This document shows, piece by piece, positions 9,220 through 20,000 of a stretch of DNA of 32,000 nucleotides. The translations under genes were made by a program, and so were the position numbers. The stretch comes from Candidatus Heimdallarchaeota archaeon (lineage in GTDB: Archaea > Asgardarchaeota > Heimdallarchaeia > Heimdallarchaeales > Heimdallarchaeaceae). Numbering within the stretch: the stretch's first letter is position 1; each line of letters opens with the position of its first letter. The stretch covers positions 24,305 through 56,304 of the forward strand of contig DAOVER010000022.1 in the NCBI GenBank assembly GCA_030668875.1. Reading direction: 5' to 3'. Below the pieces are notes generated by a model. It did no database searches. It was not told the origin of the DNA and saw only the letters and a program-made list of their open reading frames with translations.

Positions 9220-10452
9220 ATGTCAAAAGATAATGGTACACAATCTAAATTCTATCTTGATTTAGATAATAAATGGACGGCTCACAATTATAAACCCATA
9301 CCCGTTGTTGTTAAGAAAGCTAAGGGAATCTGGGTGTGGGATGTTGATGGTAAGAAATATATGGATTGTTTGAGCGCTTATTCAAGTCAAAATTTTGGAC
9401 ATGGAAATCCAAAATTGGTAAAATCACTGAAAAAACAATTGGATAAAGTGATTCTAACATCACGAGCATTTTGCAATGATGCAATGGGAACAGCTGCAAA
9501 GAAACTGTGTGAATTAACAGGATATGAAACATTTCTACCCATGAATACTGGTGCTGAAGCAGTTGAATCTGCATTGAAAATCGCTCGAAAATGGGGTTAT
9601 GAGAAAAAAGCTGTTGGAAAAGATAAGGCAGAGATTATAGTTTGTGAGAATAACTTTCACGGTAGAACTATTACAATTGTAGGATTTTCCACAGACCCAG
9701 ATGCTTATGATGGATTTGGACCAAAAACTCCTGGATTTAAGATTATTCCACATGGGGATGCAGAAGCATTAGAAAAAGCTATTACAAAGAATACTGTAGC
9801 ATTCATGTTTGAACCAATTCAAGGAGAAGCCGGTGTACTCATACCTCCTGAAGGTTATATTAAGAAAGTACAGAACATATGTAAGGAAAACAATGTTATC
9901 TTGATAGCTGATGAAATCCAAACTGGATTCTGTAGGACTGGGGAACTGTTAGCTTGTCAATATGAATCAGTAAAACCTGATATGACACTTGTTGCGAAAG
10001 CTGTTGGAGGAGGAGTTTTCCCTGTATCTGGTGTTTTATCTAACTGGGAGATTATGGATGTTCTTACTCCTGGTTCACATGGAAGTACTTGGGGTGGAAA
10101 CAGTGCAGGTATGGCTGTTTTAGAGGCTGTATGTGATCTTTTAGTTGAGGAAGATTTTGCACAGAAGTCAAACGATCTCGGTAAATTTTTCGTGGATGGT
10201 CTCAAAGAAATCCAGAAAAAATATCCAGAAAAAATCAAGGAAGTTCGTGGAAGAGGGTTGTTAATTGCTCTAGAACTTTCTGAGAAAGCTCGACCTTATA
10301 CTGAAGCATTAATGAACAATTCACCAATTGGAGTCTTAGCTAAAGAAACACATGAATTCTCTATACGTTTTGCTCCACCTTTAGTGATAACAAAGAAAGA
10401 TCTTCAGTGGGCTCTTAGCATTATTGACAAGGTTTTTGCTGAAGTAAATTAA
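9220..10452 (+). CDS. rocD: Ornithine aminotransferase (class III PLP-dependent aminotransferase)
   Basis: AHNYKPIPVV, YMDCLSAYS, MNTGAEAVE, NFHGRT, FEPIQGEAG, DEIQTG, PLP Lys in AKAVGGG, HGSTWGGN, IRFAPPL. ATG 9220 sits 5 nt after GGTGA. Substrate is assigned from motif similarity only. Confidence 0.88.
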   Translation: MSKDNGTQSKFYLDLDNKWTAHNYKPIPVVVKKAKGIWVWDVDGKKYMDCLSAYSSQNFGHGNPKLVKSLKKQLDKVILTSRAFCNDAMGTAAKKLCELTGYETFLPMNTGAEAVESALKIARKWGYEKKAVGKDKAEIIVCENNFHGRTITIVGFSTDPDAYDGFGPKTPGFKIIPHGDAEALEKAITKNTVAFMFEPIQGEAGVLIPPEGYIKKVQNICKENNVILIADEIQTGFCRTGELLACQYESVKPDMTLVAKAVGGGVFPVSGVLSNWEIMDVLTPGSHGSTWGGNSAGMAVLEAVCDLLVEEDFAQKSNDLGKFFVDGLKEIQKKYPEKIKEVRGRGLLIALELSEKARPYTEALMNNSPIGVLAKETHEFSIRFAPPLVITKKDLQWALSIIDKVFAEVN

Positions 10453-10455
10453 ACC

Positions 10456-10476
10456 TTCCTTTTTTCTTTTCTTTCT
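10456..10476 (+). terminator. T-rich terminator candidate
   Basis: ccttcctttttttctttttcttt-like pyrimidine tract directly after the rocD stop. Confidence 0.45.
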
Positions 10477-10699
10477 AGTATCTACAGTATGGATCTCTAG
10501 ACATTTTAATTATCTCTTCCTCATTCTGTAATATAATATAAGCTCTCTCAATGCATGTTGTGAAAATTTTTCTTTCTGGTTCGCGATAAATTCTTACTTG
10601 ATACATGGAATCGCTATGAGCGATAATCTCTCCAAACCTATGGATTAGTATAGCACTCTCGCTAGATTCAGAATTTGGTAGAATCTTTTGTATACCCAT
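10475..10699 (-). CDS. Small hypothetical protein
   Basis: 74-aa ORF that fills the gap between rocD and the exchanger without overlap. No family recognised. Confidence 0.5.
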   Translation of the reverse strand: MGIQKILPNSESSESAILIHRFGEIIAHSDSMYQVRIYREPERKIFTTCIERAYIILQNEEEIIKMSRDPYCRY

Positions 10700-10781
10700 G
10701 ATATAGTTGATTAGTTTGGATATAAAAACCCAGAAAACAGAAAGTGATAACTTTCTGTATCATGGTAAGAAAAAAGAATAG

Positions 10782-12005
10782 TTATCCTAGAGGAAAGAGA
10801 GCTATATCCTCAAAGAGAATTATGAAAACTATTATCTGTAGCAATATTATCATAATGCCTTCAAACGTGTCAAATTTTCCATCTTGGAAACACCGTTTGA
10901 CAAACCATAAGACCCCTGCTATAGCTGATAATTGTAATAGGATGAATGGATGTAGAGGTACAATTGTTATCATTCCCAGAATACCAAATACAAGCAATGA
11001 GGATTGAAGGATCCCGCCCATAGCATTCCCTATACCTACTTCAATTTCATCTTTTGCAGCTGATATGATAGCTATTCCGTGTTCTGGAACAGCTCCAGAA
11101 GCTCCTAATATTAAAGCGGTTATAATTATCTCCGAGTTTGTTCTGTCTTGTGTAATTGGAATTAACTGTTGAACACTCTCTGTCAATATATGCCCACCAA
11201 AAAATATTCCAACAAAACCCAGAACTAAGAAAATTAATGTCATTGGAATAGAGAGATCACCATGAGCTTCATGTCCAGATGTCTTTCCTTCAGTTTCCAC
11301 TTCTTCTTTCGCTGGATTCAATGTTTGTTCTATATCCTCTTTATCCTTGATTGACATTTTTTTGTTGTTTTCTTTCACAACAACGATATATATTAGATAA
11401 AAAAGATAACTACCGGCAAGCATTGCACCCACTGGCACTGTTAAAACTGCTGTACTAAGTGACTCAGTTCCAATCTCTAATATGTGGAAATATTGACTGA
11501 AACCAAATATTACAGCCATTGCTAAAGCAACTATGGCCCATCTTATTATTGGAGCCTCTTTCTCTTTTAAATCCTCAGGAACAGATATTGAGCCTTTTTT
11601 CTTAATTGTAGAAACGATAATTGCTATTCCTAGAATGAGTGTGTTAAAACCTGCAGCAGATAGAACAGTGACGATTGCTGTTAGAGTATCATTATAATTA
11701 ACGATGAGTAAAATGGCAATAACAGCCTCTGGAAGATTTGAAGCTAAACTCGAAAGGATTCCTGCAACATATTCAGACAAACCAACATACTTAGCTCCAC
11801 TGTTTAAACCTATAACAGCCCACTCCGAGGGACGAAAGGCTAACCAAATACCAACAATAAAACCAAATATAATTAACCACATAGACCATCCTCCATGGAA
11901 AACAACATATTCAAGTATGAAAAATGTTGCAATTGCTATTAATGCAATTAATGCTTCCCAGAAAGTAATGTGGAAAGTTTTTTTGAATTTTATAACGAAA
12001 CTCAT
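10782..12005 (-). CDS. CaCA-superfamily cation exchanger (Ca2+/H+ or Na+/Ca2+ type)
   Basis: Two inverted membrane halves with alpha-repeat motifs LASNLPEA and SGAVPEHG, and a charged central loop. Confidence 0.85.
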   Translation of the reverse strand: MSFVIKFKKTFHITFWEALIALIAIATFFILEYVVFHGGWSMWLIIFGFIVGIWLAFRPSEWAVIGLNSGAKYVGLSEYVAGILSSLASNLPEAVIAILLIVNYNDTLTAIVTVLSAAGFNTLILGIAIIVSTIKKKGSISVPEDLKEKEAPIIRWAIVALAMAVIFGFSQYFHILEIGTESLSTAVLTVPVGAMLAGSYLFYLIYIVVVKENNKKMSIKDKEDIEQTLNPAKEEVETEGKTSGHEAHGDLSIPMTLIFLVLGFVGIFFGGHILTESVQQLIPITQDRTNSEIIITALILGASGAVPEHGIAIISAAKDEIEVGIGNAMGGILQSSLLVFGILGMITIVPLHPFILLQLSAIAGVLWFVKRCFQDGKFDTFEGIMIILLQIIVFIILFEDIALFPLG

Positions 12006-12066
12006 ATCGACACTATTGAAAAAGTCATATATAAAATGTGTGGAGTTGATTTATTCAATTATGAAT

Positions 12067-15000
12067 TTAATCTTTTTCTTCTTCCTTCAAGAGATGTTTT
12101 CTAAGAATCTTCCTGAATTCTTCTGATTCTAGCCAACTTTCAGCTAGCTGCTTTGTAATAACTTCGATTTTTTCTGCTTCTTCAATGATCACTGTAGAGT
12201 GAAAACTATCTGCGAGTTCAGCAAAACCTATTATGCTCATTAATGGGTTTCTTATCCTATCTACTAGTGCGTCAAAATCTTGGATGTTTTGTTCAATACG
12301 AGTAAAAGCTTCAGTTCTAATCTTTTCTGCTTCCTTTCTTTCTGTTATGTCAGAGATTACACATACAATTGCATAAGGTATGTTATCTTTATCTGAGATT
12401 GTTGTGGCTCTAAGCTCTCCCGGATAACTACCACCATTTTTTTGTATAAATTCTAGCTCGATTATAGCAGATTTTCCATCCCTTAGTGTTTTATTGAAAT
12501 TTGATGCTGCTCTCTCTCTATCCTCAGATTTAATCATATCTAGTGAGTTAATACTAATCAGTTCATCGGGGTTAGTTGTACCGTACATCTCCGCAATTTG
12601 ACGATTAGCAACAATAATGTTGTTACCAATATCAGTTAGAATAATACCATCTGGAGACGTTTCTACTAATTTCCTATACCTTTCCTCGCTTTCCTGAATG
12701 TGTATTTCAGCTTGTTTGCGATAAGAAATATCTCTACCAATAGTCAAAATAACTTCTTCATCCATAAAATGGAAAAGATGTGAACTCAACTCTGTAGGTA
12801 TTCTGATACCATCTTTAGTAATCAAACTAGTTTCAAAAGTACCTGAACCTTGAGCAATAATCTCTCTAATGATTTTTGCGTTAGCTTCCACTTCTTCTGG
12901 CGCAGTAATATTGACAGATTTTAGTGTGAGGAGTTCTTCCTTTGTATAGTTTAATAACTCACATGCTATGTCGTTGACTTCGATAAACTCTGTTGTAGTC
13001 CCAAGGACTCTATTGACACGAGTTAGAAAAATACTGTCATTAGCATTATGGAATATCTGCCTAAACTTTTCTTCGCTTTCCATAAGCTCTTTTTCAGCAT
13101 TCTTTCTCTCTGTTATATCTCGGATGATTCCTTGAACAAATTTCACTCCTCTAATTTCAAATAAGCTGGATGAAACCTCAGCGGGAAAAATTGAGCCATC
13201 TTTGCGCTTGAAATTTATCTCATATTTTACATAACCTTCCTCTTGAATAATTTCAAACGCATTCTTGGAATCTTCTTGTTCAGTAACTGGATGTAATTGA
13301 TGAATGGTTAAAAGAAGCATCTCAGATTTTGAATATCCGACAAGTTCTCTAACTCTATAATTAACATCAATGATGTTGCCCTTAAGATTATAGAGAATAA
13401 TTCCATCGTTTGATCGATCAAAAGTTTGTCTGAATTTCTCTTCATTCTCTTTTAGTGCATCTATAGCTTTCTTTCTATCTGTAATGTCTTCAATAATTCC
13501 CATAATTGATCTGGGTTTGTCATTCTTATCGAGCAATAATGTAGCACTAAACTCTACTGGAAAACTTGTTCCATCCTTTTTAATCGCGTCAAAAAATATG
13601 TTCCTGACGCTACCTGTTGTTATTGTATCGTTAAGTGAATTTGTTACTATCTCAAAATCCTTTCGGGAAACGAAATCGATCGGTGTTAAACCTAACATTT
13701 CTTCTGTAGTCTTGTATCCAAACATAGCTGCAGATAGCTTATTTACAAACTGAAGTTTTCCTTCAATACTGAGAAGTATAATCGTATTTGTTGATGTTTC
13801 AATCAGAGTTCTGTATCTTTCCTCGCTCTCTTTAATTATCTCTTCTGCCTTTTTCCTATCTGTGATATCACTTGCGATAGATAAGATTACTTGTTCGTCT
13901 GCAAGGTCAAATAAGTGAGATCTTACCTCAACTGGAATCTGTTTTTTAGTTCTACTAGTAATTACTGTTTCAAATGCTTGTTTACCAGCAGTTAGTACTT
14001 CCTCACCTAGATGGAAAGAAAAGTATTTTTCTATTGTTTTATCTTCTTCTTCATAACTAGTTAAACCTAATAATTCCCCTCTAGAATAGCCTATCCATTG
14101 GCAAGCAGTATTATTAATCTCAATAAAATCACCAAGTTTAGTACCATTTTCAATTTTATTTATGAAAATTGCATCCTGTGCATTATGGAATATTTGCCTG
14201 AATTTCTCTTCACTTTCTTGTAGTTCTTCTTCTGCTTCTTTCCTATCCGTTATGTCTCTCGCAAAAGTAAGTACTACCTTTTCACCTTTTAAATGAAAAA
14301 TATGTGATTCCATTTCAGCTAGACGTTCTTTCCCATCCTTAGTTATAACAACTAAATCATAACTATGAGTCTCTTTTCTTATAATGTTTCGAAGAATTCC
14401 TAGATATTGAGCTGTAGACACATGAGCTGTTATGTCAATTGTATTTAGTTCTAGTAATTCTTCTCTTGTGTAACCAAGCCACTCACATGCAACATCATTG
14501 ATTTCAATAAACTGGCTTTTGGTCTCATTTTCTTCAAGTTTCGTTAGAAATATTGCGTCATTTGTTTTGTGAAAAATTTGCCTGAATTTTTCTTCATTCT
14601 CTTTTAGTTCTTCTTCTGCTTTCTTGCGTTCAGTGATGTCTCTGGCAATAGACAAAACAGCTTTTTCTCCTTTTAAATTGAATAACGTGGAGTGTATCTC
14701 TACAGGTATCAATTTATTGTCCTTTGAAATTAAAGACACCTCAAATGATGATTCTCCAGAAGACATTAGATTTTCAGAAATATTTTTCTCTATCTCTATT
14801 GGAGCTCGACGACTTATATCCCTTGATGTTTTGTTCATTAACTCCTCACGCGAGTAACCTGTCCACTGACATGCTAAATCATTTACTTCTATGAATTTTC
14901 CAAAATTTCCATCTTCATCAATCTTATGTATGAAAATTGCGTCTACAACACCATGGAAAATATGTCTGTATCTCTCTTCATTTTCCATTAATTCGATTTC

Positions 15001-15741
15001 AGCTATTTTACGCTCTGTAATCTCTCTAGTTAATTCTGCCATCCCAATTAATGTACCATCATCACCATATACGGGAAAACCTCTAATATACCATACTCTA
15101 CCATCAGGAGTTGTAACTTCAGAACTACTTTCTTTTCCAGTTTCTTTTGCAACTAATACAGGACATATGTCGCACGGTGTTTCTCTGTTGTGCCATAATT
15201 TGTAGCAATTTTGACCCACAATCTTATCAGCGCTAATGTTTATAGAGTCTGTTGCAGCTTTGTTAGCCCATAATATATTTAGATTAATATCGTGGAATAT
15301 AACGTGTTCAGAAAGAAAGTCTAAAAATCTCGATTTTTTAAATTCAGAAGCTAGGATTAATGTCTCTTTATGTTTCTCTTCTGTAATATCTTGAGTATAT
15401 ATTATCTGACCTACTCTTTCTCCCTCTTTTTCTATATCATGATATTGATTTCTAATATATTTTCTTGTTCCATCCTTCCTAATGACCCAGTATTCTAAGG
15501 TTTTCAAAGGAGTGCTGTTTTTTTTCGTTTCTTCAGAGATGTCTTCTAAGCTCTCAAGTTCCTTTGTAGTAGCAAACAGAAAAATGGAGTTTTCCATTAA
15601 TTCTTCAAGAGTATAACCTAGAATCTCTGTAAGTTGTTTATTAACATAAACTATTTTGCCAGCCTTGACTAAAGTAACGCCTTCTCTAATGTGATCAAAC
15701 AAATCTTTCATTTCATCACTTATCATGTTACCACTCTTCAT
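12067..15741 (-). CDS. Cytoplasmic multi-PAS sensor (9 PAS/PAC units) with C-terminal DHp-like helix and no HATPase domain
   Basis: Nine units of about 125 aa, each ending in a DIT/EIT/DIS-x-R/E-K linker. The tail reads VDRIRNPLMSIIGFAEL and the protein ends about 50 aa later. Confidence 0.92.
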   Translation of the reverse strand: MKSGNMISDEMKDLFDHIREGVTLVKAGKIVYVNKQLTEILGYTLEELMENSIFLFATTKELESLEDISEETKKNSTPLKTLEYWVIRKDGTRKYIRNQYHDIEKEGERVGQIIYTQDITEEKHKETLILASEFKKSRFLDFLSEHVIFHDINLNILWANKAATDSINISADKIVGQNCYKLWHNRETPCDICPVLVAKETGKESSSEVTTPDGRVWYIRGFPVYGDDGTLIGMAELTREITERKIAEIELMENEERYRHIFHGVVDAIFIHKIDEDGNFGKFIEVNDLACQWTGYSREELMNKTSRDISRRAPIEIEKNISENLMSSGESSFEVSLISKDNKLIPVEIHSTLFNLKGEKAVLSIARDITERKKAEEELKENEEKFRQIFHKTNDAIFLTKLEENETKSQFIEINDVACEWLGYTREELLELNTIDITAHVSTAQYLGILRNIIRKETHSYDLVVITKDGKERLAEMESHIFHLKGEKVVLTFARDITDRKEAEEELQESEEKFRQIFHNAQDAIFINKIENGTKLGDFIEINNTACQWIGYSRGELLGLTSYEEEDKTIEKYFSFHLGEEVLTAGKQAFETVITSRTKKQIPVEVRSHLFDLADEQVILSIASDITDRKKAEEIIKESEERYRTLIETSTNTIILLSIEGKLQFVNKLSAAMFGYKTTEEMLGLTPIDFVSRKDFEIVTNSLNDTITTGSVRNIFFDAIKKDGTSFPVEFSATLLLDKNDKPRSIMGIIEDITDRKKAIDALKENEEKFRQTFDRSNDGIILYNLKGNIIDVNYRVRELVGYSKSEMLLLTIHQLHPVTEQEDSKNAFEIIQEEGYVKYEINFKRKDGSIFPAEVSSSLFEIRGVKFVQGIIRDITERKNAEKELMESEEKFRQIFHNANDSIFLTRVNRVLGTTTEFIEVNDIACELLNYTKEELLTLKSVNITAPEEVEANAKIIREIIAQGSGTFETSLITKDGIRIPTELSSHLFHFMDEEVILTIGRDISYRKQAEIHIQESEERYRKLVETSPDGIILTDIGNNIIVANRQIAEMYGTTNPDELISINSLDMIKSEDRERAASNFNKTLRDGKSAIIELEFIQKNGGSYPGELRATTISDKDNIPYAIVCVISDITERKEAEKIRTEAFTRIEQNIQDFDALVDRIRNPLMSIIGFAELADSFHSTVIIEEAEKIEVITKQLAESWLESEEFRKILRKHLLKEEEKD

Positions 15742-15897
15742 TTCTACAGCAGTTTGAACCCAGAAACCTTGTTATACTCGCTTTTAGATTGTTTAAAGCA
15801 AATATTGCAAATATAGTCCCTAACAAAACTAGTTATTTTTCAAATAATAAGATTGCCATAGTCCTAGCTAGAAATTGCGTGCCAAAACAGACTCTAT

Positions 15898-17010
15898 CTA
15901 AACTCGTCTATGTTTTTCATCAAATATGTAAATATCATCAGAGCGCACAATTATTGCTATTGAATCTTTCTTAGAAAATCTCTTTCTTGTTTTCGTAACA
16001 TAAAAAATCTGCTCTCCTAGATAGTTTAAAGTTAAAATTTGTTGATCTAGAACCTTCTCTACATCCTCAACTTTACACTCAAGTTTGAACATATCTTTGT
16101 CGATTGGTTTCCTTGGATCAAACTCTCTAATTATTTCTGCCCTAAAACCAAGAGTCCCCTTTTCAATACCTTTACTACGAATGTATTTGAACACTTTTTC
16201 AGATAGAACTTCTTTCATATCTACCGTAAGTTTGCATTTATTCTTCTCAACTATAAATGAAAGGAAATTCATTGGGTAATTTCCAATAAATTGAGCAACA
16301 AATTTAGAATTAGGGTCATAATACAGCTCATCTGGCGAACCTACTTGTACTATCTTTCCATCCTCTAGAAGAACTATCATATCTCCTAGTGCCATAGCCT
16401 CGGATTGGTCATGGGTTACATAAATCATGGTTTTGTTAAGTAGCTCATGCAGTTTTCTTATCCACATTCTCATTTCATATCGTAATCTTGCATCGACGTT
16501 ACTAAGAGGTTCATCAAAGAGAAAAACATCAGGTTCACGAACAAGTTCTCTCCCTATTGCAACCCTCTGTTTTTCACCACCTGAAAGTTGTGAAGGATAT
16601 TTCTCTCTGTGTTCTTCTATATGCAAAAGAGAGGAGATGTCATCAACTTTTTTTTCAATTTCTTCTTCCGAGTAAACATTTACTCTAAACAATTTACCTT
16701 TCTTCTTACTTTCCAATGGAAATCTCAGATTTTCAACAACAGTCATATGTGGGAACAAAGGGTAATTTTGGAAAACCATTGCTACATTTCTCTTATTTGC
16801 TGGATTATCAGTAACAATTGTATTATCAAACAGAACTTCTCCTGAAGTTGGATATAATAATCCCGCAATTAGTCGTAGTATTGTTGTTTTTCCACTTCCT
16901 GAAGGACCTAGAATGATTGTGATTTTTCCTTCTGGAAATATTATACTTGCATCTTTAAGGGCAGTCTTTCTTCCATATTTCTTTGTTAGTTTTTCAATTT
17001 CAACTTTCAA
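15898..17010 (-). CDS. Sugar ABC transporter ATP-binding subunit (MalK-like)
   Basis: GPSGSGKT, LSGGEKQR, LFDEPLSN, YVTHDQ and a C-terminal TOBE-like region. The probable start is TTG 17010, after GGAG and 1 nt past the permease stop. Confidence 0.93.
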   Translation of the reverse strand: MKVEIEKLTKKYGRKTALKDASIIFPEGKITIILGPSGSGKTTILRLIAGLLYPTSGEVLFDNTIVTDNPANKRNVAMVFQNYPLFPHMTVVENLRFPLESKKKGKLFRVNVYSEEEIEKKVDDISSLLHIEEHREKYPSQLSGGEKQRVAIGRELVREPDVFLFDEPLSNVDARLRYEMRMWIRKLHELLNKTMIYVTHDQSEAMALGDMIVLLEDGKIVQVGSPDELYYDPNSKFVAQFIGNYPMNFLSFIVEKNKCKLTVDMKEVLSEKVFKYIRSKGIEKGTLGFRAEIIREFDPRKPIDKDMFKLECKVEDVEKVLDQQILTLNYLGEQIFYVTKTRKRFSKKDSIAIIVRSDDIYIFDEKHRRV

Positions 17011-17011
17011 C

Positions 17012-20000
17012 TTATAGATCTCCTCTTTGTATATGATAATTTGCACCTTTAAGCAGATAATTTTTTAGAAAAATGAACATAATTATCATTGGTATCATCA
17101 CCAATAATGATGCTGCAGCAAACATGCCCCATTCGGGTGAACTTGTCTCAATAGACCCTAGAAAAGTATACAGTTTTATTGGTAAAGTATACCGCAAGGG
17201 TGATTGCAACAGAACAAATGCTAATAGAAAACCATTCCAAGCTGTGAGGAAGTTAAGCAGGAAAGCTACAGCAATCGCTGGTCCCGCTAAAGGGAACACA
17301 ACCTTTCTTAGAACCCTTAAAGTGGAATTTCCCATTAATAAAGCTGATTCATCCAACTCTTTTGGAATTGAATCCATATAACCTTTAATTATCCATAATC
17401 CTAGAGGTATTGTTTGCGTACTATACGCCAAAATTACCCCAATGTAATTATCAATTAAACCTAAATTGAACATGATAAGATAGAGGGGAATCAGTGTTAA
17501 TATCCCAGTAAACATTTTCATAATAAAAACGCCCACCATTAGCTGCTTCTTTACTTTGAATCTGTATCTAGAAAATGCGTAAGCTGCTAATACTGTTAAC
17601 AGTATGCAAAATGTTGCTGATCCTAGAGAAACTAACAATGAATTCCCAAAATGTAGAAGGATATTCTCTTGTGTAAATAGAAGCACAAAATTGTTAAGAG
17701 TCGGATTGCTCGGGAAAAAATTAGTTGGAACAACAGTGTTTGAAGGTGAAAATGCAATCCAAAATATATTCCATATAGGAATAAATGCGATTAAGGAAAA
17801 AGATAATAGAGTTACAGAACTATTAATAGGAAAAGATAGAAAAGAATAAATTCCCCTTTGGAACTCCCCTATCTTCCGCTTGTCTAATTGTTTTTGAATA
17901 TAGTTAATTATAAAGACCAATGACACAATTACATGAATGATTTTCCAACCTATAGGTTCCCATGCAAAGCCTAAACCTATCCAAATTATGGGTTGGAGAA
18001 GAACAGAAAACTTAGTAAAACTTTGTGAGAATATCGAAGAAAATATGACTAATATGTTTAATCCAAAAATAGTCCACATTAACCAGAAACTGGAACCAAG
18101 AATAAGATTAGAAACGAGTAAAATGGAAGCCTGAACAACCAAAACGAGATGGATTGTATTTAGATCTATTAATTTTGTATCTATCCTTTGAAGTGTTGTA
18201 ACTACTGTTTTCCTTGTATACTGAGCTATTTTTCTTAATTTATTAAGAACGAAATTAGAATTGAATTTCTCTCGTGGAATGTTAGCTATGATGAAAAATT
18301 CTACCGCAACTACAAAAATATTCCAGTTAAAAGCAAACCACATTTGGAACAAGAAGAATTGAGTTAAAGAGAAAATCAAATCCACAACCAATAACAGCTT
18401 AAGCCCCGTTGAACTCTGATTAGGTTTCCAAATAAATAACAAGCCAACTATGGCAAAAAGTGACCCCATTATATAGCTAAGAACTGGATTCCAATGGTAT
18501 CCAAAGTATCTAAATCCTACAACACCTGAAACTATGTATCCTATTGCTTGAATTGTAAGAAAAGTTGGAATAATAATTTTATAGTTTCTTCTCTTCTTTA
18601 TCTCTGATGGTTGAAAAGAACTTTCTGTTCCTTTTGACATTTTTATCCAAACTAAAACGAAGAATAAAGTAAGAATACTCATTATGGTTGAATAAGCAGC
18701 AGCTATTCCTACATCTCTCCTCTGATAAAACATGTAAAATGTGAAAGTACTGAAAAGATCTGTTGCTCCAATAATACCCGCTTCATTCATACCATAAGGT
18801 AGTAAAGGATAACCGCTCGTAAAGAGAAAAGCAACATTGAAACTTCCAAAGGTTTTGATAATCTCTAAAATTATAGCTGGTAGAATAATTGGTTTGATGA
18901 GAGGTATAATTATCCTCCTAATACTTGTTCTTTCAGAGATTTGATCTACTTTGGCGATATCACTCAATTCTTTAGGAATACTACTTAGACCTCCAAGAAA
19001 CAATGTAGTTATAAGAGGGATAGAATCCCAAACTTCTACAAAACAAGCTAGAAGAAGAGCAACATATGGTTGATTCATTAGATTCACATTTGTACCTAAT
19101 AGTAAATTGAATAATGATTCTCCTCCACTCCCCTGTATGAATGTTCTCCAAGATAAAATCTTGATATAGGTAGGGATAACCCATGGGAGGTAGAGAAGGA
19201 GATACCATACTTTCTTTCGTTTAACTTTGTAATGAATGAGATATGCTAAAACAAAGCCTAGGAATATCTTCAGAAAAATAATAACTGTACTCCAAACCAA
19301 AGTTGTTGTGAATGCAATTGGTAATTGAGGATTGTTCGTAATATGGATATAATTTTCTAGCCAATTAAATTGTGGAATCTCTCCTCTTCTAAGATTGTAG
19401 GATGTAAAGGATAACACAATACCATATAACATAGGATATACTTCTAGCAAAACAAGAGCAAAAAGAGCTGGAAAGATAAACACATATGCAACTCTATTGA
19501 AAGGAACATCTATCTTTGCTATGATTACAAAAATAATAATGAAAATCAGAATAATTGCTAGTATGGTTATCGTAGTTGCAGTCCTGGAATATTTCAGCGC
19601 TTCATCTATACTTTGTAGCGTGGTAAACTCCTCTGTTATCCAGAAAGATACCTCCTCTTCTACGAGCAAAATACTGAAATCGTTATTTATAACAAGTGAT
19701 GAATTTGTAGAGTATATTTGTATCTGATAAGGATTAGTTGTTTTCAACCCATTTATCTTCACTTGGATTGACTTTGTATTAGTGGGAACAATGAAATAGG
19801 TAAAATTCAGTGAAAATTCCTTCTTCGAATAAAAGATTTCACCATGTGAATCGGTGTAATTCACAAGGTTTACTTGATTAATATGATTCAGGTACATAGT
19901 TGAATTAATTTGTATAACTGACCAAGTTTGAGAAAGATTTAGTGAACTGTCGAAAACTTCTATCCTAAAACCACTAAACGTATAATTTTCTTGAACAGTC

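Noticed and set aside
12067-15741. Recurrent DNA similarity (e.g. gcctgaatttttc, tctgt..tgtc) as a tandem repeat or CRISPR array
   Set aside because: It is explained by the PAS linker codons (EKFRQIF, DIT.RK) at about 375-nt spacing within one ORF; there are no identical repeats with spacers.
1071-19727. Many short ORFs in the track lying antisense to or nested in long genes (e.g. 1071-1280, 3645-4031, 6385-6702, 6916-7107, 11704-12126, 13484-13753, 17073-17381)
   Set aside because: They overlap well-supported genes entirely, have no recognisable motifs, and are expected shadows of AT-rich coding sequence.
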